Below are positions 63,375 through 64,000 of a stretch of 64,000 bases of DNA, one piece after another; the first letter of the stretch is position 1, and each line of letters begins with the position of its first letter. Made by a program: the position numbers and the translations under genes. This stretch comes from Alphaproteobacteria bacterium (GTDB lineage Bacteria; Pseudomonadota; Alphaproteobacteria; Bin95). The notes below the pieces were generated by a model that saw only the letters and a program-made list of their open reading frames with translations, did not search any database and was not told the DNA's origin. The stretch lies in NCBI GenBank assembly GCA_965205265.1, contig CBDBGH010000003.1, positions 4,416,001 through 4,480,000 on the forward strand. Reading direction: 5' to 3'.

Positions 63375-64000
63375 GGCTCTTCCTCCCTCAAGCGCGGATA
63401 GGTGCTGAGCGGGTTGTCAACTGCGATACGCCGAACCAGGGCCGCTGGCAAGCCTTCGGGCAGCGCGGCCATGCCGTCGAACTGCCAGTGCGGGTAGTCG
63501 GTGGCGAAGAGCAGCATGTCGTCGGAGCCGAGATGGTCGAGCAGGCGGGCGACCGCGTCCGGCTCCTCGGGCGCATCGAAAGGCTGGATCGTGAAGCGGA
63601 CGCGCTCGCGCACGATCTCCTCCGGGCTCCGGTCCACCCAGGGGATTTCCATGCGCAGCCCCCGCCAGTATTTGGCGAGCCGCCAGAGATGCGCGGGCAG
63701 CCATGCGACGCCCGATTCCGCAAAGACGACTGTCAGGTCCGGGAACTTCTGGAATACGCCCTCGGCGATCAGGCTGGTGAGCGCGGCCTGGAAGGCGGTT
63801 GCCTGCGCGGCGTAGTCCTCGGCGAGATATGAAGGCCAGCCGACCGGCGTCGGCGGGTGCCGGTAGGCGGAGCCCGCATGGAAGGCGACCGGCAGGCCCG
63901 CGCGCTCGGCGGCGGCGTAGATCGGCCAGTTGACCCGCCGGCCGGGCGGCGTCTCGCCCATGACCGGCAGCAGCACCTGCACGAAGCGCCGGTCCTCCGC
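63371..64000 (-). CDS. amidohydrolase_2 family protein, 3' part; starts beyond the window
   Basis: GVFQKFP.L.VVFAESG, LLFATDYPHW. Confidence 0.85.
   Translation of the reverse strand, partial: AEDRRFVQVLLPVMGETPPGRRVNWPIYAAAERAGLPVAFHAGSAYRHPPTPVGWPSYLAEDYAAQATAFQAALTSLIAEGVFQKFPDLTVVFAESGVAWLPAHLWRLAKYWRGLRMEIPWVDRSPEEIVRERVRFTIQPFDAPEEPDAVARLLDHLGSDDMLLFATDYPHWQFDGMAALPEGLPAALVRRIAVDNPLSTYPRLREEEP

Overview
High-GC alphaproteobacterial chromosome segment. It carries housekeeping loci (dnaN-recF-gyrB without dnaA, hrcA-grpE, rph-rdgB-hemW, trmFO, scpA-meaB, degP with a two-component pair, tRNA-CAT) and many catabolic genes, including an NpRdhA-type reductive dehalogenase. Accessory genes include two toxin-antitoxin pairs, an orphan methyltransferase, an AAA ATPase, a Uma2 nuclease and ArsR/ArsI. 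Four signals stand out. (1) A GrdB/PrdB-like gene is split in the ORF track by an in-frame TGA in a UxxC motif, with a SECIS-like hairpin directly after it: a probable selenoprotein heading an operon with a glutaredoxin and a crotonase. (2) A repeated element occurs twice in opposite orientation: AT-rich promoter, ~250-nt conserved leader, RBS, ORF, then CATGAC repeats spaced every 10 bp. The copy at ~58480-59740 holds an orphan terminase-small-subunit-like gene. The copy at ~5870-6420 holds only a 41-codon ORF. (3) A 48-bp repeat lies both inside that short copy and in frame in the 3' end of recF. (4) A lone Csx19-like gene sits directly behind the tRNA with no other cas genes or array. All calls come from reading motifs by eye; no database searches were run.
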